NCBI GenBank assembly: GCA_002441095.1
Contig: DJVG01000034.1
Location: 61,072 to 125,071 of the forward strand
Source of the DNA: Elusimicrobia bacterium UBA6262
Lineage (GTDB): Bacteria; CAYTYR01; UBA6262
DNA: 64,000 nt
Direction: 5' to 3'
A program made the position numbers and the translations under genes. Below the pieces are notes generated by a model. That model ran no database searches. It was given only the letters and a program-made list of their open reading frames with translations, and was not told the DNA's origin. How positions within the stretch are numbered: position 1 is the first letter of the stretch; each line of letters starts with the position of its first letter. Positions 23,005 to 33,738 of the stretch are shown in pieces.

Positions 23005-23973
23005 TTATAACTTTTTTTCTTTTAACTTCTTCCACCATTGCTGATTTTCTTTATACCAATCAATGGTTTCTTTTAATGCCTGGTTGAAATCATGCTGGGG
23101 TTTCCAACCCATTTCGCTCCTCAGCTTGAAACAATCCAAGGCATAACGGCGGTCATGACCCAGCCGGTCAGTAACTGGCTGAATAAATTCATCATTTTTG
23201 CCTAACAGCTCCAGGATCTTTTTGGTTAGCTCAATATTAGCCAGCTCATTGCTGCCGCCAATATTATAAATTTCTCCAGCCTTACCCTTGTGCATCACCT
23301 GGTCGATAGCTTCGCAGTTATCCAGTACATAAACCCAATCCCGCACATTCTGGCCGTCGCCATATAGGGGCACCGGCTTTTCTTCCAAAATATTAGTGAT
23401 AAAAAGAGGTATTACTTTTTCCGGAAACTGGTACGGCCCGAAATTATTACTGGAACGGGTGATTATGACCGGCAATTGATAGGTAGCGAGATAGGATAAA
23501 GCCAGCAGGTCAGCACTCGCCTTAGAAGCTGAATACGGGCTTGAAGGCTTCAGGTTGTCTGCTTCTTTGAACGCTCCTTTTTCGATAGACCCATAAACTT
23601 CATCTGTCGAGATCTGGATGAATTTGCTGATATTATTCTTTTTAGCTGCTTCCAATAAGGTATAAGTCCCGAACACATTGGTTTTAATAAAATCACCGGC
23701 ACTGACAATAGAGCGGTCAACATGGGTTTCCGCTGCAAAATTAACGATAACCTGGGTTTCTTTTACCCATTTAGCGACTATTTTAGGATCAGCAATATCA
23801 CCTTTGACAAATCTATAGCGCTTATTTTTCTTCAGGTCTGCTAAATTTTCCAAATTACCCGCATAGGTTAATTTATCCAAATTAATAATTTCATAATCAG
23901 GATATTTCTTCAGTATATGCCTGATAAAGTTAGACCCTATGAATCCTGCCCCACCCGTAATTAATAGCCTCAT
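23005..23973 (-). CDS. rfbB: dTDP-glucose 4,6-dehydratase
   Basis: [16 protein letters not shown]...; RmlB length and motifs. Confidence 0.85.
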   Translation of the reverse strand: MRLLITGGAGFIGSNFIRHILKKYPDYEIINLDKLTYAGNLENLADLKKNKRYRFVKGDIADPKIVAKWVKETQVIVNFAAETHVDRSIVSAGDFIKTNVFGTYTLLEAAKKNNISKFIQISTDEVYGSIEKGAFKEADNLKPSSPYSASKASADLLALSYLATYQLPVIITRSSNNFGPYQFPEKVIPLFITNILEEKPVPLYGDGQNVRDWVYVLDNCEAIDQVMHKGKAGEIYNIGGSNELANIELTKKILELLGKNDEFIQPVTDRLGHDRRYALDCFKLRSEMGWKPQHDFNQALKETIDWYKENQQWWKKLKEKKL

Positions 23974-23994
23974 GGAAGTACACTCCTGTTTTGT

Positions 23995-24135
23995 TGTCGC
24001 TAGTCTCTAGTCGCTGGTCGCTAGTCTAAATACAGTCTCTGGTTACTAGTTTCTGGTCGCTAGTTCTTATGGTATTATTATTTGCTCTAATGCTTTTACT
24101 AGCAACTAGATACCAGCGACTAGCGACTGTCTTTA
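23995..24135. repeat. family-E palindromic element (GTCGCTAGTC / GACTAGCGAC arms)
   Basis: gtcgctagtctctagtcgctggtcgctagtc...ctggtcgctagttc / ctagcaactagataccagcgactagcgactg. Confidence 0.7.
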
Positions 24136-24152
24136 AACCAGCTACTGTTTCA

Positions 24153-24614
24153 CTACCATCCTTTTTTGTCCTGCCAAGGTTCGTACGGCACTTCTTTAGA
24201 ATCCAGGGTGATACGATGCTCATCCGGCTGCTTATAATTATACAATTGGTTGGGCACATTCATGATCCAGGCTTCATCCGCTGAAAGACACTCAAATCCA
24301 TGGACCACCCCCTCTGGGATGACCAAAGCCTGTGGTTTTTCAGAACTCAATTCAAACTCGTTGATCTCGTTTTTTGTCGCTGAGCCTGCTCTCCTGTCAA
24401 ACAGGACAATTTTAGCTTTGCCGCGCAGGGCACAAAAATAATCCTGCTGTTGCAAGTGGTAATGCCACCCTTTGACCCATCCTGGTTTGCAGATAGTGAT
24501 ATACGTCTGGCCGAAAGCCTTGAATTCAGGATAATCGTTACGCAATATTTCAAACAAAGCTCCCCGCTCATCCTGATGCACCACCAGGTCCTTCAGCACC
24601 ACTCCATTTATCAT
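24153..24614 (-). CDS. rfbC: dTDP-4-dehydrorhamnose 3,5-epimerase (short form)
   Basis: RmlC cupin: HQDERG..FE..R......F.Q...S....V.RG.H. Confidence 0.75.
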   Translation of the reverse strand: MINGVVLKDLVVHQDERGALFEILRNDYPEFKAFGQTYITICKPGWVKGWHYHLQQQDYFCALRGKAKIVLFDRRAGSATKNEINEFELSSEKPQALVIPEGVVHGFECLSADEAWIMNVPNQLYNYKQPDEHRITLDSKEVPYEPWQDKKGW

Positions 24615-24671
24615 ATACAGAACCTCTTCTTTTTTCCTATACGCTAAACGCTACCCGCTATACGCCGCCTT

Positions 24672-25733
24672 CTAAAGCACTTCAATCTTCGAACTATCCC
24701 CGACCATGAGGCGGTAGGCCTGCGGCCGGGAATGGGACTTCTTGACTTCCACATTCTGTCCGATCAGGCTGTCTTCAATTCTCTTGATATCAATAATGTG
24801 GCTGTTTTCCAGGACAATGCTATGCTCTATCTCGCTTGATTCAATACAGGCACCGAAATAGATTGCCGAGTACGGGCCCACATAAGAGTTAATCACCTTG
24901 GCATTTTCGCCGATTATGGCCGGCCCCCGGATCACGCTATTTTCAATGACCGCTCCCTTTTCAATAACCACTTTGCCTTCTATTTTTGATTTAGCATCGA
25001 CCCGGCCATCGTTCTTGAAAGTAAATGTATCCAATATAATGCTGTTTGCTTCCAGCATGTCTTCCAGTTTGCCTGTGTCTTTCCACCAGCCGGTAATAAC
25101 ATGCGGATGTACCTTCATCTTGGTATCAATGAGGTATTGGATGGCATCCGTGATTTCCAATTCATTTCGGATGCTTGGCTTAATATTGTCAACCGCCTCG
25201 AAAATCGACTGGTCGAACATATAAACGCCGCACAAAGCCAGGTCACTGCGGGGATGTTTTGGTTTTTCTTCCAATCGTACTATCCGGCCTTCGAGCAATT
25301 CAGCCACTCCGAACTGCTCCGGATGCGGCACATGGGCCAGTAAGATCTGGGCGTTTGGCTTTTTAGCTTCAAATTCTTCGACCAGGGACTTTATCCCGTC
25401 TTTGATCAGGTTATCTCCCAGATACATGACAAAACTGTCCTGCCCGATAAATTTCCGGGAGATCTTGACGGCATGAGCTAATCCTAAAGGCTCATCTTGT
25501 TCAATATAGGTGATCTTTACGCCCCACTTACTGCCGTCGCCGACCGCCTGCCTGATCTCATCTTTTGTCTCACCTATCACAATACCAATATCAACGATGC
25601 CTGCTTCCTTGATCGCTTCAATACCATAAAACAGTATCGGTTTATTAGCGATCGGGATCAATTGCTTGGCATTGGTATGGGTAATGGGCCGGAGCCTGGT
25701 CCCTTTGCCCCCGCTGAGTATTAACGCCTTCAT
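24672..25733 (-). CDS. rfbA: glucose-1-phosphate thymidylyltransferase (long form with C-terminal LbH domain)
   Basis: MKALILSGGKGTRLRPITHTNAKQLIPIANKPI; 353 aa. Confidence 0.75.
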   Translation of the reverse strand: MKALILSGGKGTRLRPITHTNAKQLIPIANKPILFYGIEAIKEAGIVDIGIVIGETKDEIRQAVGDGSKWGVKITYIEQDEPLGLAHAVKISRKFIGQDSFVMYLGDNLIKDGIKSLVEEFEAKKPNAQILLAHVPHPEQFGVAELLEGRIVRLEEKPKHPRSDLALCGVYMFDQSIFEAVDNIKPSIRNELEITDAIQYLIDTKMKVHPHVITGWWKDTGKLEDMLEANSIILDTFTFKNDGRVDAKSKIEGKVVIEKGAVIENSVIRGPAIIGENAKVINSYVGPYSAIYFGACIESSEIEHSIVLENSHIIDIKRIEDSLIGQNVEVKKSHSRPQAYRLMVGDSSKIEVL

Positions 25734-25750
25734 TGAAATACCTCTACATA

Positions 25751-25842
25751 GTTGCGAGTTTCCAGTTGCGAGTTGCGAGTTAAAAAACCTGACCTTGATC
25801 TTTTATTGTTTAACCGCGAACTGCGAACTGCCAACCGCGAAC
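25751..25842. repeat. family-A element variant (3x AGTTGCGAGTT then GCGAACT repeats)
   Basis: agttgcgagtttccagttgcgagttgcgagtt...aaccgcgaactgcgaactgccaaccgcgaacc. Confidence 0.65.
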
Positions 25843-25847
25843 CGTTT

Positions 25848-26807
25848 TTATATTTTCTCGCGCCAGTAATTCAGCAAGTCTTCCATCGTCTGCTTGAACG
25901 GGATCTCTGGTTTCCACCCGGTTTGTTTCCTGAACTTAGAGTTGTCGCCATAGAGTATCATTACATCGCTCGGCCGTAGCCTGGTTGGATCCTCTTTTAC
26001 TTTGATCTGATCCTTCATTTTGGAAAAACCGATCAAAGTGCTGAGCATATCTTTAATGCTGATGGTGGTATTGGAGCAAATATTATAGACTTCCCCAGGC
26101 TCGCATTTTTCTGTGGCCAACCAGTAGCCGCGGACTATGTCGCGCACATCAGTGAAGTCCCGCTTGGCATCCAGGTTGCCGACAGAAATGACCGGCTCAC
26201 GCTTGCCCTTCTCTATTTCCGCGATCTGTTTGGCAAAATTACTGGTCACAAAATTCTCGCCGCGGCGCGGGCCGGTATGGTTAAAAGCCCGGGTACGCAC
26301 GGTCTTCAGTTTATAGCTCTGGCAGTACTGGTATCCTAACAGGTCCTGGGCTACCTTACTCACTGCATACGGGGAAAGAGGCCGTAATTGATTGGTCTCT
26401 TTGATCGGCACTTCATCAGGATAGACCATCCCGTATTCCTCACTGGAACAGGCTAATTGTATCCAGGGATCAAGCTTTAGTTGCCGGACTGCCTCAAAAA
26501 TATTTAATTGTCCGAGAATATTGGTATTAAGTGTCTCGGCCGGAGCATTCCAGCTGGTGGGGACAAAACTTTGGGCAGCCAGGTGAAATATTTTTTCAGG
26601 CCTGGTCTTGTCCAGCACTTTCATCACCGAACTAAAATCAGTCATATCAAATTCCAGGTATTCAAACTGGCCCAGTAAATGATTAAGATTATCTTTCTTG
26701 GTATACCAGCGGTCCACCCCGACTATCTCTACATTCTTCTGTTTTAACAAAAATTCAACCAGATGGCTGCCGACAAATCCTGCTACTCCTGTAATTAAGC
26801 ATTTCAT
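25848..26807 (-). CDS. NDP-sugar dehydratase/reductase SDR (Gmd/Rmd-like)
   Basis: CLITGVAGFVGSHLVEFLL; 319 aa; adjacent to the GDP-fucose and dTDP-rhamnose genes. Confidence 0.55.
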   Translation of the reverse strand: MKCLITGVAGFVGSHLVEFLLKQKNVEIVGVDRWYTKKDNLNHLLGQFEYLEFDMTDFSSVMKVLDKTRPEKIFHLAAQSFVPTSWNAPAETLNTNILGQLNIFEAVRQLKLDPWIQLACSSEEYGMVYPDEVPIKETNQLRPLSPYAVSKVAQDLLGYQYCQSYKLKTVRTRAFNHTGPRRGENFVTSNFAKQIAEIEKGKREPVISVGNLDAKRDFTDVRDIVRGYWLATEKCEPGEVYNICSNTTISIKDMLSTLIGFSKMKDQIKVKEDPTRLRPSDVMILYGDNSKFRKQTGWKPEIPFKQTMEDLLNYWREKI

Positions 26808-26827
26808 ACTGCTCTACTCCTCCTCTT

Positions 26828-29116
26828 CTATTTTCTCCTGATATTCCATTCTTCTTCCATCACATTGCCGGTGACGCGCTGGGAGTGGATAAAACTCATT
26901 TTCCGTTCCGGGAACACTTTCAGGTTAAACCGCACCCAAAATTCTTCTTCCAGCTGGTATTTAGTCCAGGATAACAGCATTTCCCAGCAATGCAGGTCAC
27001 GGAACAACTGCACACTGCGTTCAGTGATCCTCGTCCCGGTTATTCTGAGCTGGTCATTGCTCAGCTGGTACTTGGTATGGACATTCAGTTTCCAGTTCTC
27101 GGAGAGCCAGAAACCAACATCATTTTGGACATCCAGGCTGCCTGGCACACTTTTTAAATAGCTGGTCAGGAGACCTACACTCCACCGGTTCCTGGCCAAA
27201 CGCAGGTCTGTACTTACCCGCTGGGTATTATGAGCTATTATATTATATTCCTCTGTTCCGCTAAGAGTGATCCAGTCATTAGGAGTAAGGGTTAATGTGT
27301 TCACCAGGTTACTGAACCGTTCCTTCCGGTTGACCGGGAAATAACCATTATGAATCAAGTTATAGCTGACGCTGGTGCGGAACCTGAGCAACTGCTTCCG
27401 CGTATATACGATCACCGGATCAGCCGTCGAATATTTTTGCAGTATTAAATCTACATTGTAACCAGGCGCATACCGGCTTAATTCCCGGCTCAAGACGTCC
27501 AGCTGCGGGACCGTCATCGTGACTGGCCGCGCCTTTCTGGGACCTAAGTTTGAATCTTGGATTTGCCAGGGATATTTTTCCGATATCTCCGGTAAAGCTT
27601 TGGCTGTTTTAATTTTCCGGGCAAACCTGAATTCAAAAGCAGTAGAAGCCAGATTGGAGATCACGCCCCTGACCTCATTCGGCCTGGCCTTAAATTCCTC
27701 GGCATAACTATGACCCAAGTCCCAATCAAGATTATCAGTCACCCGGGTACGCAGGTTCAAGTTGGTAAAATACTGGGTGCGCAAAACATTCCTGGTATCC
27801 TGCAGGTCAATCCTGTCCTGCCACAGTTCACGCAAACCGATTTGCGGTGTCAAAGACATGTTGCGGGTAAGGCCCAGCCTATTGGTCAGTGTAACATTGG
27901 TATTTCCATCCCAGAGATAATATCCCTGGCTTTGGGTATACCCTCTTTTAGTCTCCAGGTTATACGTAAAATATAACGGCGCTCTGCGCGAATAGCTCCA
28001 GGGCAGGCGCAGCTGGTTGGTACTAAAGCTTACCCGCGGCGCATAGACATAGTCTGGCTTATATTTTTGTTCTGCTTCGTTCCAAAGTTCGCGTCTTTCT
28101 CCTAGGATCCTGAAGGTATAGGTTTTTTCCAGCTTGCTCAAGGCTAAAAATGAAGTAATATCATTATTTACCTGGCGCCAGGCTTCTTCCTCATAACGCT
28201 TCTGGAAGGTCTGGTCACTTTGCACCTTCACATTAGCCTGGGCAATCCAGGTCGGGTCCAGCCGCTGCCAGTGGGATATCACGGCATTCCAGCGGGATGC
28301 TTCCGGCAAGACCGGCGGTTCCAGCCGCTCTCGCTGGCGAATATGGTAATAGTACCAGGAGCCATTCATCCGGTCAGGATAATTATATTCAACCTGCGCG
28401 CCCTTGCCCCAGCCCAGATATTCCATATAATCAAGGTATAGTTTCCCGTATATATTATCAGTTAAAGGATAACCATATACTATCTTGGCAAAATCACCTT
28501 CCGTGCTATTGTGGCCGACATAAATATTCAAGGTGTATTTCTTTTTTTTCAATGACTGGTAATAGACCGGGAAATACAATACCGGGAGGTCCCCGATGTA
28601 GAACCGGGCATGATGACAGATCAAATATTTCTTTGGGTACACCGCGATCCGGCTGGCCCTGATCTGAAAGTGCGGATTTTCCAGGTCACAGGTAGTCATA
28701 TAGCCTGTGGGCAGGTACATTTTTTCCGCTCCCTGGCGTTCCATTTTCGGCCCGGTGATGTACCATTTATAGGCATATAATTTCCCGTAAGAAAGAACAC
28801 CCTGTTTGGTTTTCAGGTTATAGGTTACTTCATGCCCGCTTAAATCCTGGTCTTTATCTTTGCCTACAACGTGCCCGACCGCAGTCACAGTTTCTTCTTT
28901 TACATTGTAAAAGATCTCATCTGCCTCTAAATACATATCCCCGGAGGTTACCTGGACATGGCCGGCACCGTACACCAGGTCTTGTTGTTTCTGGTATTCG
29001 AGGTAATCAGCTTTGATATCAACAGTGTCTTCTGCTTCTTCAGCAGCTGCCTCTACTAAAAAAAAAGAACTGAGGATTATTAAAAAGGCAATTATGCCTC
29101 TTACTTTATTAGCCAT
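26828..29116 (-). CDS. lptD: LptD-like outer-membrane LPS-assembly protein
   Basis: Signal peptide, an N-terminal OstA/LptA-like domain (ADYLEYQKQQDLVYGAGHVQV...EADEIFYN) and a large C-terminal beta-rich region of 762 aa. Confidence 0.55.
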   Translation of the reverse strand: MANKVRGIIAFLIILSSFFLVEAAAEEAEDTVDIKADYLEYQKQQDLVYGAGHVQVTSGDMYLEADEIFYNVKEETVTAVGHVVGKDKDQDLSGHEVTYNLKTKQGVLSYGKLYAYKWYITGPKMERQGAEKMYLPTGYMTTCDLENPHFQIRASRIAVYPKKYLICHHARFYIGDLPVLYFPVYYQSLKKKKYTLNIYVGHNSTEGDFAKIVYGYPLTDNIYGKLYLDYMEYLGWGKGAQVEYNYPDRMNGSWYYYHIRQRERLEPPVLPEASRWNAVISHWQRLDPTWIAQANVKVQSDQTFQKRYEEEAWRQVNNDITSFLALSKLEKTYTFRILGERRELWNEAEQKYKPDYVYAPRVSFSTNQLRLPWSYSRRAPLYFTYNLETKRGYTQSQGYYLWDGNTNVTLTNRLGLTRNMSLTPQIGLRELWQDRIDLQDTRNVLRTQYFTNLNLRTRVTDNLDWDLGHSYAEEFKARPNEVRGVISNLASTAFEFRFARKIKTAKALPEISEKYPWQIQDSNLGPRKARPVTMTVPQLDVLSRELSRYAPGYNVDLILQKYSTADPVIVYTRKQLLRFRTSVSYNLIHNGYFPVNRKERFSNLVNTLTLTPNDWITLSGTEEYNIIAHNTQRVSTDLRLARNRWSVGLLTSYLKSVPGSLDVQNDVGFWLSENWKLNVHTKYQLSNDQLRITGTRITERSVQLFRDLHCWEMLLSWTKYQLEEEFWVRFNLKVFPERKMSFIHSQRVTGNVMEEEWNIRRK

Positions 29117-29119
29117 TGC

Positions 29120-30082
29120 TCATTCGCTTAACGCCAGCATTGCCGCCCCGATCACCCCAGCCTCTTCACCCAGTTTCGCCCGCACGATCTTGACATCATG
29201 CAGTGATACTGCCAGAGCCCGCTCTTTAATGGTTTTCATCATAGGATCTGAGATCAACTTGCCGGCGTTGGCTACTCCTCCTCCGATAATGATCTTTTCC
29301 GGATTAAAAATATTGATCAAACTGGCCAAACCTATCCCCAGATACATTCCTGTTTCCTGCCATAGTTCCAACGCTAATTCGTCTTTATAGAACGCTGCTT
29401 CTTCCAGGACTTTAGGAGTGATTTTAGAAAGGCTTCCGTCTACGATCTTCGTAATAATGCTTTTCCGGCCGGTTTTTAGTTTTTCAATACAACGGTCCCT
29501 GATATGTAGGGCTCCGACATAGGCTTCCATGCAGCCATGATTGCCGCAATTACACTTCCGGCCTTTGGATTCAACCGTAATATGGCCGATCTCCCCGGCT
29601 CCGCCGCCGGCACCGCGGTAGATCTTCCCGTCAATGATTATGCCCCCGCCCACGCCCGTACCCAGGGTCACACAGATGATACTTTTAGTACCCTTACCGG
29701 CGCCGAATAAATATTCGCCGTAGCAAGCAACATTAGCGTCATTATCGATCAAAACCGGCACATGGCATTCTTTTTTGAGTTCTTTCACAATCGCGATGTT
29801 GCGCCAGTGCAGATTGGGCGAAAACTGGATCACCCCTTTGACATGATCGATCTGTCCGGCCGCGCCGATACCAGCCCCCGCAATTTGGCTGCAGCTTATA
29901 TTCCTGACCAGCACCTTGATGTTCTCGATGATCGTCTTAATAACAAAATTAGCATCCCTGTCTGCCTGCGTAGAGATCTTTATTTTTTCCTTGATCTTGC
30001 CTTTAAGGTCAACCAGGGCAATAGTGATGTTCGTCCCGCCCAGGTCAACTCCGATGCAATATTTAGACATCAGCCACCCCAA
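29120..30082 (-). CDS. ROK-family glucokinase
   Basis: CIGVDLGGTNITIALVD and a C-x-C-G-x-x-G-C zinc motif (CNCGNHGC). Confidence 0.8.
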   Translation of the reverse strand: MGWLMSKYCIGVDLGGTNITIALVDLKGKIKEKIKISTQADRDANFVIKTIIENIKVLVRNISCSQIAGAGIGAAGQIDHVKGVIQFSPNLHWRNIAIVKELKKECHVPVLIDNDANVACYGEYLFGAGKGTKSIICVTLGTGVGGGIIIDGKIYRGAGGGAGEIGHITVESKGRKCNCGNHGCMEAYVGALHIRDRCIEKLKTGRKSIITKIVDGSLSKITPKVLEEAAFYKDELALELWQETGMYLGIGLASLINIFNPEKIIIGGGVANAGKLISDPMMKTIKERALAVSLHDVKIVRAKLGEEAGVIGAAMLALSE

Positions 30083-30122
30083 TGAAATACAAATTCAAAA
30101 TTCTAATATCGAAATTCTAAAT

Positions 30123-31241
30123 CTAAATAATAGTTTTTTCTGTTTCCGCGTCAAAAATATGGATCTTGTTCATATTAAAAACAACTTCCAGGTCTTTCTC
30201 TACTTCTGCTTTCACATGCGAGTCAAGTTTCGCCAGGAAAAGTTTATTGCCAGAAGATAAATGGACATAGATCTCACTGCCCATCGGTTCGATCACATCG
30301 ACTTTCATCTTGACCGGGCAGCACCCGGGTATACTGCGGGCAAAGAACTTATCATATATATCTTCCGGGCGGATCCCGAATACAATTTTCTTATCCACGC
30401 AATTAGCCAGCAGGTCTGAGATCGGACTATTGATCTTCAAGGTTAGTTTGCCTTCCTCCAGGTACAATCCGTCACTCTTCTTAACTACGGTGCATTCGAT
30501 GAAGTTCATCGGCGGACTGCCGATAAACCCGGCTACGAATTTATTCACCGGTTTATCATAGAGAGTCAGCGGATCAGCTATCTGCTGGATCAAACCATCC
30601 TTCATGACTACGATCTTATCACCCATAGTCATGGCCTCGATCTGGTCATGGGTCACATAAATGATCGTGGCTTCCAATTTCCTGTGTATTTTCTTAATTT
30701 CCGTCCGCATCTGCACCCGCAGTTTGGCGTCCAGGTTGCTGAGCGGTTCATCAAACAAGAACACTTTCGGCCTTCTGACAATAGCCCGTCCGACAGCCAC
30801 TCTCTGTCTTTGTCCCCCGGACAGCGCTTTCGGTTTCCGGTTCAAAAGATGGGTAATGCTCAATATTTCGGCCGCTTCTTCTACTCTTTCCTTGATCTCT
30901 TTTTTAGGCAATTTACGCAGTTTTAGGCCAAAAGCCATATTATTAAAAACAGTCATGTGCGGATACAGGGCATAATTCTGGAAAACCATAGCGATATTCC
31001 TGTCCTTTGGCTGCATATTATTGACCATAGTGTCACCGATCCAGATCTCTCCTTCGGTAGACTCTTCCAGGCCCGCTACCATGCGCAGGGTCGTGGTTTT
31101 GCCGCAGCCTGAGGGACCGACAAAGATGCAAAACTCCTTATCCTTGATCTCCAGGTTAAAATCTTTTACTGCCCAGACATCCTCGCCGCTTTTCTTGCTT
31201 TTAAATAGCTTGCCCACATGTTTTAACACCACATCAGCCAT
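30123..31241 (-). CDS. sugar ABC transporter ATP-binding protein (MalK/UgpC-like)
   Basis: Walker [18 protein letters not shown] signature, and a C-terminal TOBE-like domain. Confidence 0.8.
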   Translation of the reverse strand: MADVVLKHVGKLFKSKKSGEDVWAVKDFNLEIKDKEFCIFVGPSGCGKTTTLRMVAGLEESTEGEIWIGDTMVNNMQPKDRNIAMVFQNYALYPHMTVFNNMAFGLKLRKLPKKEIKERVEEAAEILSITHLLNRKPKALSGGQRQRVAVGRAIVRRPKVFLFDEPLSNLDAKLRVQMRTEIKKIHRKLEATIIYVTHDQIEAMTMGDKIVVMKDGLIQQIADPLTLYDKPVNKFVAGFIGSPPMNFIECTVVKKSDGLYLEEGKLTLKINSPISDLLANCVDKKIVFGIRPEDIYDKFFARSIPGCCPVKMKVDVIEPMGSEIYVHLSSGNKLFLAKLDSHVKAEVEKDLEVVFNMNKIHIFDAETEKTII

Positions 31242-31313
31242 TTTACTCTCCTTTTTAAATACGATTACACAGATTATAAATACAGATTACACAGATTCAA
31301 GATGGAGTTAATT

Positions 31314-32600
31314 CTATTCTTTACTATGGTCTAATAAAAGTATTTTACGGACTTCACCTACGGTATATAATGAACCGGTGACAGTCACCAGGTCTTTTCT
31401 TCCGGCCAGTTTCAGCGCCTGCCTTATAGCTTGTGGGATAGAATTGGCTACTAATACCTGCGCATTGTCCGGCCATAACTTCCTGATTTTTTGCGGATCT
31501 AAAGCCCTATCCGAACCAGGCCGCACCAATATAGCCTGGTCAACCAGTGGAGCTATGATCTTAACCATCCGGCGATAATCCTTATCCTTTAAAACGCCAA
31601 AAACAAGAATAAGTTTGTGCCCGCTGGATTTCCTGTTTTCAAGTTCTCTTACCAGCGAGTTCATACCGGCTGGGTTATGCGCACCATCTAAAAGAACGGT
31701 TCGTGGTTCGTGGTTCGTGGTAAAAACCTTAAAGAGCTCCAGGCGGCCGGGCCAGAAAGCTTTTGCCAAACCCTGCTTGACTGCCTTTTCTGATATTTTG
31801 AAGCCTTGACGCTGTAATTGTTTAATAGCGCCTACAGCACAAGCGGCATTTATTTTTTGATGGGATCCTTTAAGGCTGATACTCCATCCTGCCGGGATCT
31901 TGATAATTTTATCTGCCCTTACCAGCCTGGCGTGTTTCTTCCGGCATTGTTCCCGGAAGACTGCCAACACTTCAGGTTGGGTGGCTGCAGTCACTACGAA
32001 ACTGTTCTTTTTGATGATCGCCGCTTTTTCGCGGGCAATTTTCCTTAAAGTGTTGCCCAGATATTCGGTGTGGTCATAATCCACATTCGTGATCACTGCT
32101 ACCAGTGGGTTCTCTACCACATTGGTAGCATCAAGCCTGCCGCCCATACCTGTTTCAATTACAGCCAGGTCAACTTTTTCCCGTGCAAAATAAATATAAG
32201 CAACCGCGGTAAGCATTTCAAAATAGGTCAGTTTTAGCCGCAGGGAATCACAGACTGCTTTTACTGTGCAGATCAAGCCGGCAAATACGGTCCGGTCAAT
32301 ATCCTGCCGGTTTATCTGTAGGCGTTCAGTCACCTCTGCTAAATGCGGAGAGGTATAAAGTCCTACCCTGTATCCGCCAGCCTGCAGGATACTGGACAGG
32401 AAAGCGCAAACTGAGCCTTTGCCGTTTGTCCCAGCTACGTGTATTACCGGTATCCGGCCTTGGGGATAGTTAAAAACTGCCAGCACTTTTCCTATCCTTT
32501 GCAGGTCAAATTTCACCCCGAGCAAAGCTAAGCTTTCCAGATAGCGGATAGCATCTTTAAAAGAACTAATTTTTTTATTATAACACATCGAACTGCTCAA
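31314..32600 (-). CDS. folC: bifunctional folylpolyglutamate synthase / dihydrofolate synthase
   Basis: VIHVAGTNGKGSV P-loop; Mur-ligase architecture. Confidence 0.85.
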   Translation of the reverse strand: MSSSMCYNKKISSFKDAIRYLESLALLGVKFDLQRIGKVLAVFNYPQGRIPVIHVAGTNGKGSVCAFLSSILQAGGYRVGLYTSPHLAEVTERLQINRQDIDRTVFAGLICTVKAVCDSLRLKLTYFEMLTAVAYIYFAREKVDLAVIETGMGGRLDATNVVENPLVAVITNVDYDHTEYLGNTLRKIAREKAAIIKKNSFVVTAATQPEVLAVFREQCRKKHARLVRADKIIKIPAGWSISLKGSHQKINAACAVGAIKQLQRQGFKISEKAVKQGLAKAFWPGRLELFKVFTTNHEPRTVLLDGAHNPAGMNSLVRELENRKSSGHKLILVFGVLKDKDYRRMVKIIAPLVDQAILVRPGSDRALDPQKIRKLWPDNAQVLVANSIPQAIRQALKLAGRKDLVTVTGSLYTVGEVRKILLLDHSKE

Positions 32601-32810
32601 CTACGATCCCTTTATAACTTCGGTTATCAGTTTATCAGGCTATCAGGAAGTGGTTATCAGGTTAATAAAGCTTCAGGATAACAGGCTATCAGAAGATCAG
32701 GACATCAGGAAATGCTTGATACTATGACTTTCTGATTCCCTGTTAACCTGATTCCCTGATACACTGGTTCCCACTTCCTGGTCTCCTGATTACCTGATCT
32801 CCTTTACTGT
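32601..32810. repeat. 210-bp imperfect palindrome built from about 9 ATCAGG and about 6 CCTGAT hexamer copies
   Basis: Seen directly: ggttatcag/tttatcagg/ctatcagg/...gatcagg/acatcagg on the left arm, mirrored by tccctgat/acctgat/ctcctgat on the right; ggaagtgg (32647) pairs with ccacttcc (32779). Confidence 0.7.
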
Positions 32811-33638
32811 CTACCCTTTGTATAAGTAGTCCAAAAGCTTATCGATAGTATCCTTCAGGTTCCTTCGTTCTACCACCATATCTACCATGCCATGAGTCAC
32901 CAGGAATTCAGAACGCTGGAATCCCGCCGGCAATTGCTGGCGGATAGTCTGCTCAATAACCCGGGGGCCGGCAAAACCGATCAAAGCTTTTGGTTCAGCC
33001 AAATTCACATCTCCCATCATGGAAAAACTGGCAGTTACCCCGCCGGTAGTCGGGTTAGCCATGATTGATATATAGGGCAGTTTATTCTCTCCCAGCTTGG
33101 CCAGGGCGGCGCACGTTTTAGCCATCTGCATCAGCGATAAAATGCTTTCCTGCATCCTGGCTCCGCCGCTTACAGAGACAATGATCACCGGCAGTCTCTT
33201 GGCGATCGCTTTTTCCACCATCCTGGCGATCTTTTCCCCTACTACCGAACCCATACTGCCGCCCAAAAAACTAAAATCCAGCAATCCTACCCCGACCCGG
33301 TGGCGGCCAATATCGCCGATACCGGTAATGATCGCTTCATTAAGCCCGCTTTTCCTGGTATTATCCTTAAGCCGGTCTTTATATTTTTTCAGGTCATTGA
33401 ATTCCAGCGGATCGCAGGGCTTCATGTGGGCATCTAATTCAACAAAAGTCTTCTTGAGGCATAATTGCGCCAACCGTTCCCTGGCTGACAAGGTAAAATG
33501 ATAATCGCACTTAGGGCAAACTTTCAGGTTTTTTTCCAAGTCTTTGTTAAAAATGATCTGGGTGCAGCCTGGGCACTTGGTCCACAAGCCTTCAGGCACA
33601 TTTTTCTTTTTCTTTGGATTCTTGACCGCCATGTTCAC
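32811..33638 (-). CDS. accD: acetyl-CoA carboxylase carboxyltransferase beta subunit
   Basis: N-terminal Zn ribbon CPGC...CPKC and a carboxyltransferase domain. Confidence 0.9.
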   Translation of the reverse strand: MNMAVKNPKKKKNVPEGLWTKCPGCTQIIFNKDLEKNLKVCPKCDYHFTLSARERLAQLCLKKTFVELDAHMKPCDPLEFNDLKKYKDRLKDNTRKSGLNEAIITGIGDIGRHRVGVGLLDFSFLGGSMGSVVGEKIARMVEKAIAKRLPVIIVSVSGGARMQESILSLMQMAKTCAALAKLGENKLPYISIMANPTTGGVTASFSMMGDVNLAEPKALIGFAGPRVIEQTIRQQLPAGFQRSEFLVTHGMVDMVVERRNLKDTIDKLLDYLYKG

Positions 33639-33738
33639 CTCTAAATACAGTTGCGAGTTCCCGGTTTCAGGTTACGAGTTTTGATATATGCCTTGAATAA
33701 AAACCTTAACTCGCAACCCGCAACTCGAAACTTGTCAA
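33639..33738. repeat. family-A palindromic element (GTTGCGAGTT / AACTCGCAAC arms)
   Basis: agttgcgagttcccggtttcaggttacgagtttt ... aactcgcaacccgcaactcgaaac; near-identical architecture to 35816-35921. Confidence 0.75.
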
